The position numbers and the translations under genes are program-made. Source: Marsupella aquatica (Eukaryota; Plantae; Marchantiophyta). Taken from it: a stretch of DNA of 64,000 nt. The stretch spans positions 11,587,892 through 11,651,891 of the forward strand of contig OZ316894.1 in the NCBI GenBank assembly GCA_973895155.1, given 5' to 3'. This document shows, piece by piece, positions 42,086-53,728 of this stretch. Below the pieces are notes generated by a model, which saw nothing but the letters and a program-made list of their open reading frames with translations, searched no databases and was not told where the DNA came from. Numbering within the stretch: position 1 is the first letter of the stretch; each line of letters opens with the position of its first letter.

Positions 42086-44851
42086 CAAGTGATGCACCCA
42101 CGTCTTGTAAAGTAGTCCTAAAGTCTATTCTTGTGAGAGAAAGATGTAGACCAGTTGACAATATACAAAGTGCAGGACATGCAAGTACTCAAAGAAGCAT
42201 CTATCTGCAGTTCCCTTGGTAAGTCTGATGTCTCCTCGGAACTCTCCCAAGGATCCAAAAATGCATTTCCCATAATGATATGCCTGTTCATCTTTTACAT
42301 ATCAGCTAGAGGTGCGTGTAGATTCACCATCCCCATCAACTCGAGGATTCGAACAATGATGTGAGGAAACATTTTTCTGGACCGATTCCAGATCCGCAAA
42401 TCCGCAATGACTCTGACGTTGGAATCCCTCAATTTCCATCGAGTCGTGGCCCTCTAATTCTCCAGTCTTCTTCAGTCACCTCGAGATCTTCAAACTTTCC
42501 GATTGTCGAGCTTGAAGTCTCTTGTCCAACGACATTTGGTTTACAAACTTTCCAACCTGGTGTAGTAGCTTAGTTTCCGGGGCTACCTATCTGGCTACAA
42601 ACTCAATGCCGGACCACTTTTTCCTTTTGTGAAGTCAGATTTTTATTGACAGCCGACAAACAGCGAAGTCCGAACTCTTGTGAGTTGTGACTCAGTGACT
42701 GGGACTCATTCCACTAACCCTTTACTTTACATCAGCTCGACATTATTTTGTATTCGTGGTCAAGGATCTCAAGGGAGAGGGAAAATGGAAAACCGGTCTT
42801 CAGGGATGACGAAGCAGGGTTGATTGATTTCAATTTGAGGACTTGATGAGTAGAACTAGGGTTTCACGATAGTTTGAGAGTATAAAATATTTGTTGTTTT
42901 GAATCGAAGTACGTTGAAGTTTACATGAGTTCCTAAGCAACTAATGCTGTGATTTCAGTATGGATTTTGGCAATCATTTGTATGGTACACTTTCGCTCTG
43001 TCAAGAATATCTTTCGTGAACTAGAACGGAAGCAGTAGGGCGAAGCGATGCCCCAGATTTTATAGGGAGGACCACCACGGCAACAATGTGTAAGACAAGA
43101 CTCTTCACAAGACTTTGAAGCTAACGAGAACAGTAGATACAGGTAGAATGGTAGATAGTGGTTCTGCGATGGCAAAATTGCTCGAGTGGGATCCGAACGA
43201 GGTGTTCGGGTGATCGAGATCCGGCCACGAGCGTTTCACGAGTGCCGGGCCTCGAAGTCGACGACTCAGCGAGCATTATTATTCGAAGATACAAACTGCA
43301 GAATGGCTGCACGAGATGCGGCCGTCAGAAACGACTTCAATTGTGCGGCAGAAGCGAATTCTCGCCGGGAATCCCTCTTCATATTTACGGGATCGCAGAT
43401 TCCCGGATACAGTAAATCTTGGCAGTCGACAAGTCCCCTTACTTCACACAATCACAATCACAGACAACGTAGATTGTACAGAAGTATTGTACCATGGCTG
43501 TACTGTAGGTGCCGGCGGGCTTCGCTTAGCTCCACTTCCCCCAGTATTGCGTCACTGTAAGCCATCTCGCCCATATTATTATTGAAGTGAGCTACTGTAC
43601 TTCTACTATTCTGCACAAGTCTCGTGGCCCAAATGCGATCGGAGCTCAGCAACTTGTTTCTAGTTATTTACTGTAAACCTGCTTTCTTGGCAGTAGTCAA
43701 CTCTTGACCCTCGTGGTCACGTACGTGTAAGCGGGCGGTCCGCGGACGGAACACTACAGCTCAGTCGTCCTTCGGTTGTGGTCTTGTAGGCTTGTGGACT
43801 CCCCACGGAGGCCATGGCGGCGTCTTACTCAAGTAGTACAGTCAGGAGTCTAACGTTGAGCTGAGCAGGAAGACGCGCAGCAGATGCATCTAATGTGCGG
43901 TAGGGGCGGTAGCCACGTAGCTCAAGCTTCGTGCAGAACGATCGACCGCTCGCTCGAGATCGACCTGGAGCGGGTGGAAACTAGGAAGCATAAATTACGA
44001 AACCGTTGAGAGAGACTCCTCCAATTGCCGGATTGTCGATGCTATCATCAGTGAGTGAGTTACTGCTAGAGCATTTCATTTCTGGAAAGAAGACACGGAC
44101 ATGCATCTAAAATTGGAGATTGCATTAGAGCTGGAAAACCGTAATTTCGGTACAATTATAAACAATGAACATTGAACTGCATTTGGGGTCTAGAATACTA
44201 CAGTAGATGGTCCGGCAAGTGATCATTGCAAGTCTGCAACCCCATAGACTTACCACGTCGCGACTACTTAGTACTTACCAAAGCAACGAACCTGGCAACC
44301 GACAATCAAGTGGAAACCTATGTCTGGAGCTATTTAAAGCCGATTGGACGGTACGACGCCTTAGTGCGGTGCAGCTACACGGATTTCGTTGGAGGATTGG
44401 AGACCTGGAGGGTATCAACTCGACGTCATTATATCCGTGTCCAGTAGATCGAACTTTATGGATTGTATGTATATTTATGCACTTCCTTGGCTTCCGCTTT
44501 AGGAGTGCTTGTGCTTTTTCAATTCCCAGAGGGATGAGACTATAAGAGCCACTGATGTGCAAGTATCCAAGTGCAAAGTAAGTGCTTCGGGGAGGTCGTT
44601 CTGAAATCGGAATGATTGATTTCTTTTGTTTTTGCGAAGAGACACGAGTGGACTCATGATTGTCAGAAGGAGCGTGTCGTCATGTTGTCCCAAAATCCCA
44701 ACGCTCAGGGTATGATTGTAATTACATCAAAGCAGCTGCACAACAAAAACCAGGTCTGCTTGTAATAAATTGTAATTACACACAAGAAAACCAGCACCAT
44801 AAAGTCTACATTGCCATGTGTATAAGCACATTCAGTGGGTAATTACAGGTA

Positions 44852-45986
44852 GGTTGGATAGTCTACTGGGGTACCAGGTCTTAGTGCAGGCTCCCGGGAA
44901 GACACCTCAAGGGGTTGGATGGTCTACCGGGTCTAAGTGCAGGCTCCCGGGAAGACACCTCAAGGGGGTTGGATGGTCTACCAGGTCTAAGTGCAGGCTC
45001 CGGGGAAGACACGTCAAGGGGTTGGATAGTCTACCGGGTCTAAGTTCAGGCTCCCGGGAAGACACCTCAAGCACCATTTATGTACCTCTCCATGTGTATG
45101 TTACATTTTCCAATGAGTGCATGTGAAATCACTTATGCATTGCTGCAAGTGTCTTGTCAGGTCATATGCATATGTGTTGTGAATACACAAAAAATTGCAC
45201 CATTTGCAAGTGCAGCTAGAGCTAGCTAAAGGACAAATGAGTAAGCACATTTCAATCTATAAGGATGCACATGCATCAATCAATTATTGCAACACAAATG
45301 TTAGAAGCATTTATTGATCATTGGCAACACAAATGTTAGATTAAGGACGAAAAGCAATATCGAGGCTAATCAATGCTTCTTAGCAATGATTAGCCCGTGC
45401 GTATGCCCCTGCTGCCCGCTGTAACCGACGCTTTTATTAGGGTAAATACTATATGCAAACGGCAGTGGTCATCATTGGGTTAGAGACTCGATGGTAGAGC
45501 GTCTGAGTGGGAAGCGATAGGTCGGGGGGTCAAATCCTGGCAAGTCATGATCCTTTTAACAATCACCCCACCCAAAAGTGGGGTTCATTCAAACCCTAGT
45601 GACACTTAGAAAAATAGTGTCACCATTCGCGACAAACACGGGCAGCGGGCAGGGAATGTGGGCAGTCCGGTACGGGAGGCTCTTTATGAGCCTCGAGATT
45701 GCTTTTCATGCTGAATAATGTTAGAAGTGTTTACTGATAAGTGCAGATGACAACTACACATGATAGTTTCATGCACTTATCTAGTCACATTGTGCCCTAG
45801 AAGATTCGGGGTATGATGAATCAGATGCATATGACCTAACAAGACACTTGCTTAAGCAATTTCACATGCACAGATTGGAAAGTGCAACATGCACATAAGA
45901 GAAGTGCATAAATGATGTATATGACATAGTGCATAAAGTGAATAAGTACAGGTTCGGGGTGTATTCCCAGGAGCCTGCACTTAGAC
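44852..45986. mobile_element. Foldback-like non-autonomous element: four ~54-bp subterminal tandem units (44852-45071) and long inverted arms (~45038-45171 / ~45825-45986)
   Basis: Unit ggttggat.gtctacc.ggtctaagtgcaggctcccgggaagacacctcaagg. The right arm ttcccaggagcctgcacttagac and atgcatatgacctaacaagacacttgc are reverse complements of left-arm sequence. Confidence 0.7.
45340..45716. mobile_element. MITE-like insertion (~377 bp) with ~28-bp imperfect TIRs, an 8-9-bp TSD (AATGTTAG[A]) and an internal tRNA-like segment
   Basis: Left end attaaggacgaaaagcaatatcgaggct; right end reverse complement attcagcatgaaaagcaatctcgaggct. aatgttaga lies at 45332-45340 and 45717-45725. Confidence 0.7.
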
Positions 45987-46639
45987 ACGATAGTATTGTG
46001 TTACCTGAATACCTGGCAAGCACCTACAGGTAGGTGGAATGAATTTTAAATACCAAGATAAATTCAATAATTCTTTTATATCATTAAATGTTATTCCTTC
46101 TATGTACTAGCCTAACTACTGGTTCGTTTGAACATAAAGATAGGTAAATACCAAAAAATCCTTACAATGTGTCCCATTACGTACACCCCCAAAGTTATAC
46201 GATGGAGGCAAAGTCAGGTCTAAAGGCCTCACTCTAGACCTAGGCCATAACAGTAGGTTTCTATTGCAAATTAGTAGTAAGGTTCATCTGCAGTATATTG
46301 CCGTTGCCGTTCAGTTATCGGGACACAATGCCCAGGAGATAGCAGTGACTACTGATTGGACAATCCCTCTTGATGCCCCATAGCTTAGGACTCCTGGAGT
46401 CTCTTGGATCCCTTTCCCATGGTCCCTATGCCTATACTGATAACCTAGAAGTGACGGAAACCAAGTTTTCACTGACACTCTGTACTACATGGAGATAAGA
46501 GCCATGTGGTAATCTGGCACATTGCTTCACATCCTCAAACCCCAAAGGGTGAGTATTAACAACATATGGGCCGGCTCGCATAGTAGTAAAGGGTTGCACA
46601 AAGAATTATGACAATTCTGGTGCCAAGCGCAATAAATTG

Positions 46640-47400
46640 CTGTTTCAGAAACGTTGGTTGGGAAAATAAAGTTGAACATTTTGGGTATCTCGGAAGAAAT
46701 TAAAACTCAGATGCAACAGTCCAAAACACTTTAATGTGAGGCAAAATGCTCCCGATGCCTACTTTTCTGTTGATATAGAAAACATGTTTTGGCTAGGTGT
46801 AAGTGAAATAGCGGAAAAAGCGCACTTAGACAACATTGTGGCTGCGGAAAATTATGCTGTTGGATCAAGCCAGCTCGGCAGCAAGTTTAATTATCTTTTC
46901 TTCAGTTTGCAGTAGGGTTTGGTTGTCGTCCCTGCAATGGATCTTTCGCGTTTGGGATCTTGCCTCCTGGTTGGGCGTCTTTTGTACTTTGGCAGTTTGC
47001 TATATATATTTTCACTATGGATGATCATAAGCCAGGTTACTACTAAATTATGAAAATAGCTGTTGCAAAATGTCTGCTTGCTTCTACGTCATTGTTGTCT
47101 TGCTTTCCAGACTACCGGCACCTAAACAGTCAGGTTAGCCTTGTACACTAGTCGTAACCTGGTTTTCAATCTTTGATCACAACAAGTTATTTTTAACTTA
47201 TCTTCAGACTCTGGCAAGTTTTATTTTCTTGCAATAAAAAAGTTTAGTTTTTGGGTATTTGGCTTACACCTAGCCAAAACATGTGTTTGCAAACCTATTT
47301 TCAATGGAAAACACATTTTGCATTTCACCTAATACCTTTTTCATGCTGTCACCCGTTACCTCACCCAGCCATACCTTTCTAGCCCAACGGTTTTTGAAAA
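46640..47400. mobile_element. Degenerate inverted-repeat (MITE-like) element
   Basis: acatgttttggctaggtgtaag (~46782) is the reverse complement of cttacacctagccaaaacatgt (~47263). A weaker outer inverted match pairs ~46644 with ~47380-47400. Confidence 0.5.
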
Positions 47401-48429
47401 ACACCCTATTGTCTTGGTCTCCATTTTCAATAAATTATTATTTGCTCAAACCTAATTATGCGTCTCAATAATTATAAATCAAAGTGTGACAATATATGGT
47501 GTACTGTATCACTCTATACCATGACAAACCCAATTGTTCTATTTAAATCATTGGGTGTTATTCTAAATAGATATATAGGTGTGTGTTTTTGATGTGCAAT
47601 TACTGGGACACCCTAATTACTACTATGGTTGATACTTAGTTACAACTGAACTAGGGGGATGTACTTCAAGTGAGGGTCCCATATATCCCCTTTTATTATG
47701 CTCATGATTGATTGAATCAAGTGAGTTCAAGTGATGGGACCTCAAAATCTCAAATTGGTGGTGGATGGGTGATCGTAATGGAGCATGAATACTGTTAGAG
47801 AAAACATACCCCCACAGTGTATATTAAAGAATTCATGTTGTCAGGAAGTGGCACATAGTGAAAGAGAGCTAAAACAATTCCATATAAAGGCTACATGTGG
47901 TGGCTGATTCAACCTGAGTATTATATATCACAGTGCCAAAAGGCCAAAATGTCAAACCAGGAGACAGGGTCCAACATGCGAAACAACCCAAAAAAGAGGG
48001 GAGGGAGAGGAGGTGAAAGGGCCCCAAGAAGACCAGATTGAGGATCCAACAAGCCAAGGAGTTCCCCGCAACAGCAAAGCTACACCAACGCCAAGAAGAC
48101 TAACACCCTCCTAAGCAGAGAACTGACAAGCCTGATAGAGTTCTGGAGTAAACCTCATAGGGGGGTCGGCAAAGTGGAACCTGTTGGGAGGCCCTAAAAC
48201 CTACTGCCTTGGCCCTACAAAGGAAAATGAAATCTTGGGCATGCTAAAGAACAACAAACACCCGATGTTGAAAGAAGGCGGTCAGGACAAACAAATCGGG
48301 GAAAGGCCTCCGCTCAATACAAAAAACCATATAGGCCGGAAGAAACTGGTCAAAGGTAGGGTGGAGAGCACCAAAACCCTCATAAGCAAAGGATAGAAAA
48401 GATTCCCCGGGTAGCAAAAATGCATAAGC

Positions 48430-49350
48430 CTCCCCCTTGAACCAGACCGCCTTGGCTGCAGCATGGCCAAGCACATGGGCTACAACCGCAACACGGCTAC
48501 CCCCAATAGGATGAGCAACCACCACATCCCCAAGAGACCAAACCCCATGCCGAGAAAAGACCAGATCATCCCGTCGCCAGTTAGGAACACCATCTTGAGG
48601 GGATGCACATGTTGTTGTTCCATGGCAGCATGGTAACAGTCCCGAGCAATGGCAGCCACCACACCATGAATGTCATCATGTGTGACACTCCTCTTGGTCC
48701 CATGGCCACACCTGAGGATATGAACTCCAAGAGAATCCAACGACCCTCCACAGCCATAGGTGGGTTGCCCAAGAAGACAAGGGTGAACCCCAACCAAAGG
48801 CGCAATGAAGTGGTGAAGAGAAAGGAGCTCAAACTAAAGGGGCCCCCACAAAGGACTAGTAGAAAGCCAAGCTCCAGAACCCGTTCCTGCGCAAGAGAAG
48901 AGGCAAGCCCGGACTGAGAACTTGGAGGGTGCATTGGAGAGCATGCTGGAAAGAGTGTGATGGTGAATGCGGCCAAAAATCACCTGTTGGACACAATCTG
49001 GACGTACTGTATAAAGCCACCTCCATGAGCGCGGGAACAATGGCCTGCAGAACCTTGGTAGAAGTGAACGGGTCTGGCAAAGGCAAACCTGAAGGGGAGG
49101 ACTCCTCAACCTCCATGACATGGTCAAAGAGGATGAGCTGAAGCACAATGAAACGAGAAGCAAGGGCAGGGGCCACTTGAGCCCAACTCTTGAGGAAGGC
49201 GCTTGGGGCATTGGAAATAGTCAAGGAAATACCCATGCCATCTCCGGAAGGAGGCAGGGCAATCTGCCAAGCAACAAAAGAACCATCATCTCCATCAAAG
49301 GCTCCAGGGCCAATAAGGTGGCCAATAAGGTGTCTGAAGGTCCCTATCAT
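48430..49350 (-). mobile_element. Decayed 3' part of an RLE-type (CRE-like) non-LTR retrotransposon
   Basis: Frameshifted pieces in order: QIALPPSGDGMG, PSAFLKSW, GSGAWLSTSP, LRLWLG, GCGGSLDSLGVHILRCGHG..VTHDDI (zinc knuckle plus RHD-like motif), then RRDDLV...DVVVAHP (nuclease-like). This is the order expected after the RT in CRE-clade elements. Confidence 0.75.
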
Positions 49351-50969
49351 AGTTGTGTCAAAGGATCAGAGCAAGGACAGAAATAGAGGGGTTCCTAGTC
49401 CCTATTCATTAGATCCTATGCTTCTTTTTGGGTTTTCAATTTTAACAGACTCAAGATTCCTGGCAAGACAACAAACAAGTCAGCAAAATTGTCCAAAAAG
49501 AATAAAATTAAAACTCTTCCCAGAACTACCTGAGTGGGGGTGACTTGGACTAACTTATCTCAATTCAAATCTCATTAAAGATTTTATCAAAGAATTCTGC
49601 TCCCATCCCTCTCGGACAAGCTCAGTCACCCGTCATAGTTGTAGAAATTATTGAAAAAAAAATGACAGAAGTATAGATCAGGGCTTTTCCCTCTTGCAAG
49701 TCAATTGTGCGTTCTTACCAGGCCAAAAACATAGTCCAACAAGAATAAAGTCTTCCTGTTGTTATTCCTCACTCTAGCTTTTTTGTCTGTTGAGCGCCCA
49801 AAACGTTTGATTCAGTTTTATTCCTTACTATAAAAGGACCATTCTAAAGCAGAGGAAAGTACAGTGAAACGTTTGTTTTATAGTAAAGTTGGGACGCCTA
49901 ATGATGAGGGACTGAGGGTGCTCTTCAGTATCATCAGCACCGTATAGATACAGGTAACGGTATACAGGTACACCAGACTACGTACGCATATCCATGGGCA
50001 ATAAGTTGAAGACGTCCAGCTCCATCCTTGTTGAGCTGTAGCTGAAGCTTCACCATAGTTTCACCACTGTCAAATTGCTTGCCCAGTAAAATTTCCATCC
50101 ACTGGGCTTCCAAAGGAGAGAGCTGACAAATTCGTGGACACATGAGCTTTATTTTATAATCTGTGACGTCACCTATTTGGAGAAGGAATAATAACTCTCA
50201 TTTCCAAATTGTGATGTCACTTTTTGTAGCAAATTTATTATTCCTGAACACCAATTTACAGCAAACTAATGGAGACAAACCCATATTTGGGGAATTCAAT
50301 GAATGTGCATGTGCGTGACCGTGACCATTTTGTGAATTGGTCCATGACTTGTCGTCTGACGCGGACAAGGTCTTCCACATTCGAAAGTTGGTACAATTAT
50401 TATTTTGTACATAAGGTTGCAAACTTGCAAAGAGTATATAGACACACTACAAGAGAACAAACAGACATAAGTAACTACAAAAGAACAAACAGGGTCCTAC
50501 AGGGAGACGGGATACCAAAGGCAACAAAACCATTAAATGGGGGAAAGTAACGGAAATCGCAAGATGTACCCAAGAGCGAACACGCCCAGAGACCCAAAGC
50601 AATAAAACCCAATTAAGGGAGGAAAGCCCAAGAGCCAACAAGCTCAGGATCTCAAAAGCAGTAAAACCCAATGAAAAGGTGAAAACAATGGAAAGAACAA
50701 GGAAAACCCGAGAGCCAACAAAGCCCAAGCGACAGAATGGCCAAAGAAGAGAGTCCACACCCAAGAGAGACTCCAGCTGTGAAACAATTTGCTAATGGTC
50801 ACCTTCTGCTCTGAGTGCTGCTGAGAGTCTCCTCTCAAAAATGACGCCTGGGGGCGATGAACCAGCTTTGAAGTTCTTTGCTATCTCTTCTGTACTCCCA
50901 TGCATTACCCGCTTTGGCGCTTTCCTTCGTCATGAAGAATCTCGGTACCGTCTACGAACTAGCTTTCAT

Positions 50970-51590
50970 GTCTCTCATTTACTGCTCACCTCAAGCTGAT
51001 CTGTTCCTACACGGCGAAGTGGCGAACGAAGGTCGTGGTGGGTACGGTAACTGCGGATGGTGACCAATTCACCACCTGCCCACCTGAACTCCTCAGTACT
51101 GAAACAGTAATGAGCCTCTGCAGTTCTGTGCGCGTTAGGAATATTGCGCGAATCTTGGCTTCATTCTCATCTGCGTGAAGAGAATGGTGACAGACAGACA
51201 GAAGCATCCGTCTTCATTCCTACGTGCTGTGAAGAGAATGGTGACAGACGCGAAATCAATCTCGTGCAGGAAGAAAACAGACTACCCACTATGTGGATTG
51301 CTCACTCCAATGTCAGAATACCTCGAATAGGGGAGTAGCTCACAGATTCACGATAACTGAGCTAACCATGTCCATGTGCAAACAGCATGGTTCACTTTAC
51401 GTTGTATTCATGCAGCATGATTCCTCTTGTAGAACGATGTAGAACGATTTATTAAAGTCGTAAAAACACTGTGTACGACCTGGACGTGCTTTTTCAGATT
51501 GCAGATTTTGGCACAGGACTTCGCAAACGAGTAGACAATGGCCAGCATTCAGTGGTCTGCCAGATTTCTGGCAAACTACCGTACAACAGT
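50970..51590 (+). pseudogene. Heavily decayed receptor-like protein kinase relic
   Basis: Kinase subdomains in order across frames: GRGGYG (~51030), AVKRMV (~51225, locally duplicated), SEYLE*GS (~51315), and after ttttcag| IADFGTGLRKRVDNGQHSVVCQISGKLPY (~51498). Confidence 0.6.
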
Positions 51591-52268
51591 GCAACACCCA
51601 GGCTGCGGACACAGGCATCGTTTGGACGGGACGTTGTGCACGCAGGCACAAATTCCGGGTCAGTCACATGCGTGTATAATATATGCTTTCACGATCAGCT
51701 CATGGTCCGCCAAACCCATAGTAGTCAAATGTGGCACGAGAATAAAGTAATCTTTTCAGATTCGCTCTTCGACATTGAAACGGAGGAAAGATTTAAAGAA
51801 CCCCCCAGCTACATTGTTCTCGGTTCAATAGGATTGAAATCTAATACATTATTCGCCAGCCACCGGGTCCACAATGGCTGATCATCAGGAGACCCTTCAT
51901 ATTCTCACCGATCATAGAACTTCGCCCCAACTAATATCTACGCTCCAGAGACTCCAATGCTCAAGCTCTTTCAAAACAAATGTCGTTGACCAATCTGTGC
52001 TGATGATCAATGCACACTATATACAATACGAGAATACCGCCCTGCTTGACCGGCAACATTCAAATGCTAAAATTCCAGCTGCTGGAGTTGGAGAAAAAGT
52101 CACACGGGATGACCCGGTTCTCGGGCAACAAGATTGGACCCGCTCGCCCACAGGCTAGACGACCATGAAAATCGCTCCTAGACCATCACGAGGTGCAACA
52201 CTAACCTGACCTCAGCGTGTGCGACTCTTGGGAGTGCATGTGCACACGACTCTCGGTGCCTCGTCTAC

Positions 52269-53728
52269 TTATTGCACTATAACCTTATGCATGAGGAAGT
52301 CAGCATCGTTCTCCAACTTCTCCATGTGTTCGGTATATAGATTAATGAAAATGTTGATAGATCCAGGACCGATGTGACCGGGTAGCATGAGCACACAACC
52401 GTTGTAGGGGTTGTCGGCTGGACCTGCGAACAATGCCTTGCCGTAACCAAAGTCAGTGTCGTAGAAAGGCATCCTGAACCATCCAGCTGAGGAAACGTCA
52501 TTTCCTGCCGTATTGATGGCGACCATGACGGATTCCGTTTGGTCGTCAGCCCAGGCGATCATTGACCTCATATTCTCGTTCGTCATTTTCGCCACAGCTT
52601 CTCTCACTAGATTAGCAGAAAATGACAGAGATTTACTCAAAATCTCTCCTGCAGTAGTCTTCTTCGAAGTGAAAATGATAGCGTTTCCATAGTATCCGTC
52701 AGGTAGATTGGGCTTCAACCTTTTCCGTGCATCCAAGGTAGTGAAGAATTTCACTTCCTCGTCTCCATTGAGGTTTTTCGCTCTAATGATACTCTTCCAA
52801 GTGTGAGCTGACAGCGCCTCGAAGGTAGAGAAGGGTCTATCATTCCCTTCTGCTTGCACGCTGTTGACCTCTTCCTTAATTTTCTTCAACTGGTCGGGGG
52901 TGAATGTAAAGACCCGCTCCTTCACAGGTCTCTTCGCAGCTGTTACGGGAGGCACACCCTTTGGGCGCAGAATCAATTCGGAAGGGGGCGAAAGGGGCAC
53001 TGGAGCTCCTGCGGAATTTAACAGAGTATGGTCGAAGACTGGCCTAACAGAAATAGGCTTTCCAAGTACAACCTCTGTCCAGGAGACAATGAAATTGTGA
53101 GCGGATATTCCGTCTGCTACTGTATGATGCAGAGCCATTCCAAGTGAAAATCCTCCGCAAGCGAAAGTTGTCACCTGCCATTCACAATGGATTACAGAGT
53201 TAAAAGGGGGAAAGGTCCGACGCAGACAGTAACAATGGGTCTACGCAATTTGAGGAAGAGCAAATGTCAGTTCCAACAGGTTACCTGCAAGAACTGGGCA
53301 GGTTGCTCCTCAATAGGCATGGAGTAATCTGCCTTCGGAGACAGCTTGTCGAAGAGAGGGTTTGGCTGAAAGCCTCCCAAATCGTCGATAGTGATATCTA
53401 CAGAGGCTTCGATGAAGACAACACCTGCATCGTTGCAGTCGATCTCCAGATCGAGAGTCCCATCGCCTTTGTGCCTCACCCTTCCGGCATTCGGGTAGAA
53501 GGTGACCAACAGCTTACTCAAAGCATTCTTCAGAACCTGCGGCGCATCCTTGTTGGATCCAGGGCTTTGCTCACCGAAGAAATAGAGAGTTCGAACATGA
53601 ATCGGACGGGCGAAATGATCGCAAGCTGAGCAAGATAGAACTTCCGGCGGTGTTGGAATCTCAGGCTTGACCAGCGTGGTTTTGTACGAGGTGATTTTCA
53701 TCTTAGCAAATTGAGTTTCTGCAGCCAT
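52269..53728 (-). CDS. BAHD acyl-CoA acyltransferase (HCT-related), 449 aa; exons 53285-53728 and 52269-53174
   Basis: Catalytic HXXXD motif (HHTVADG), DFGWG-type motif (DFGYG) and LSKLLVTFYPNAGR. The single phase-0 intron follows the conserved Gln (FLQ|VTTFACGG), as is typical of BAHD genes. Confidence 0.95.

Noticed and set aside
45477-45547. Functional tRNA gene
   Set aside because: Acceptor and anticodon stems do not pair and the B-box is imperfect; kept only as a tRNA-derived segment.
50447-50764. Hydrophobic 105-aa ORF as a membrane protein
   Set aside because: Arises from T-rich low-complexity sequence resembling a retroelement 3' tail.
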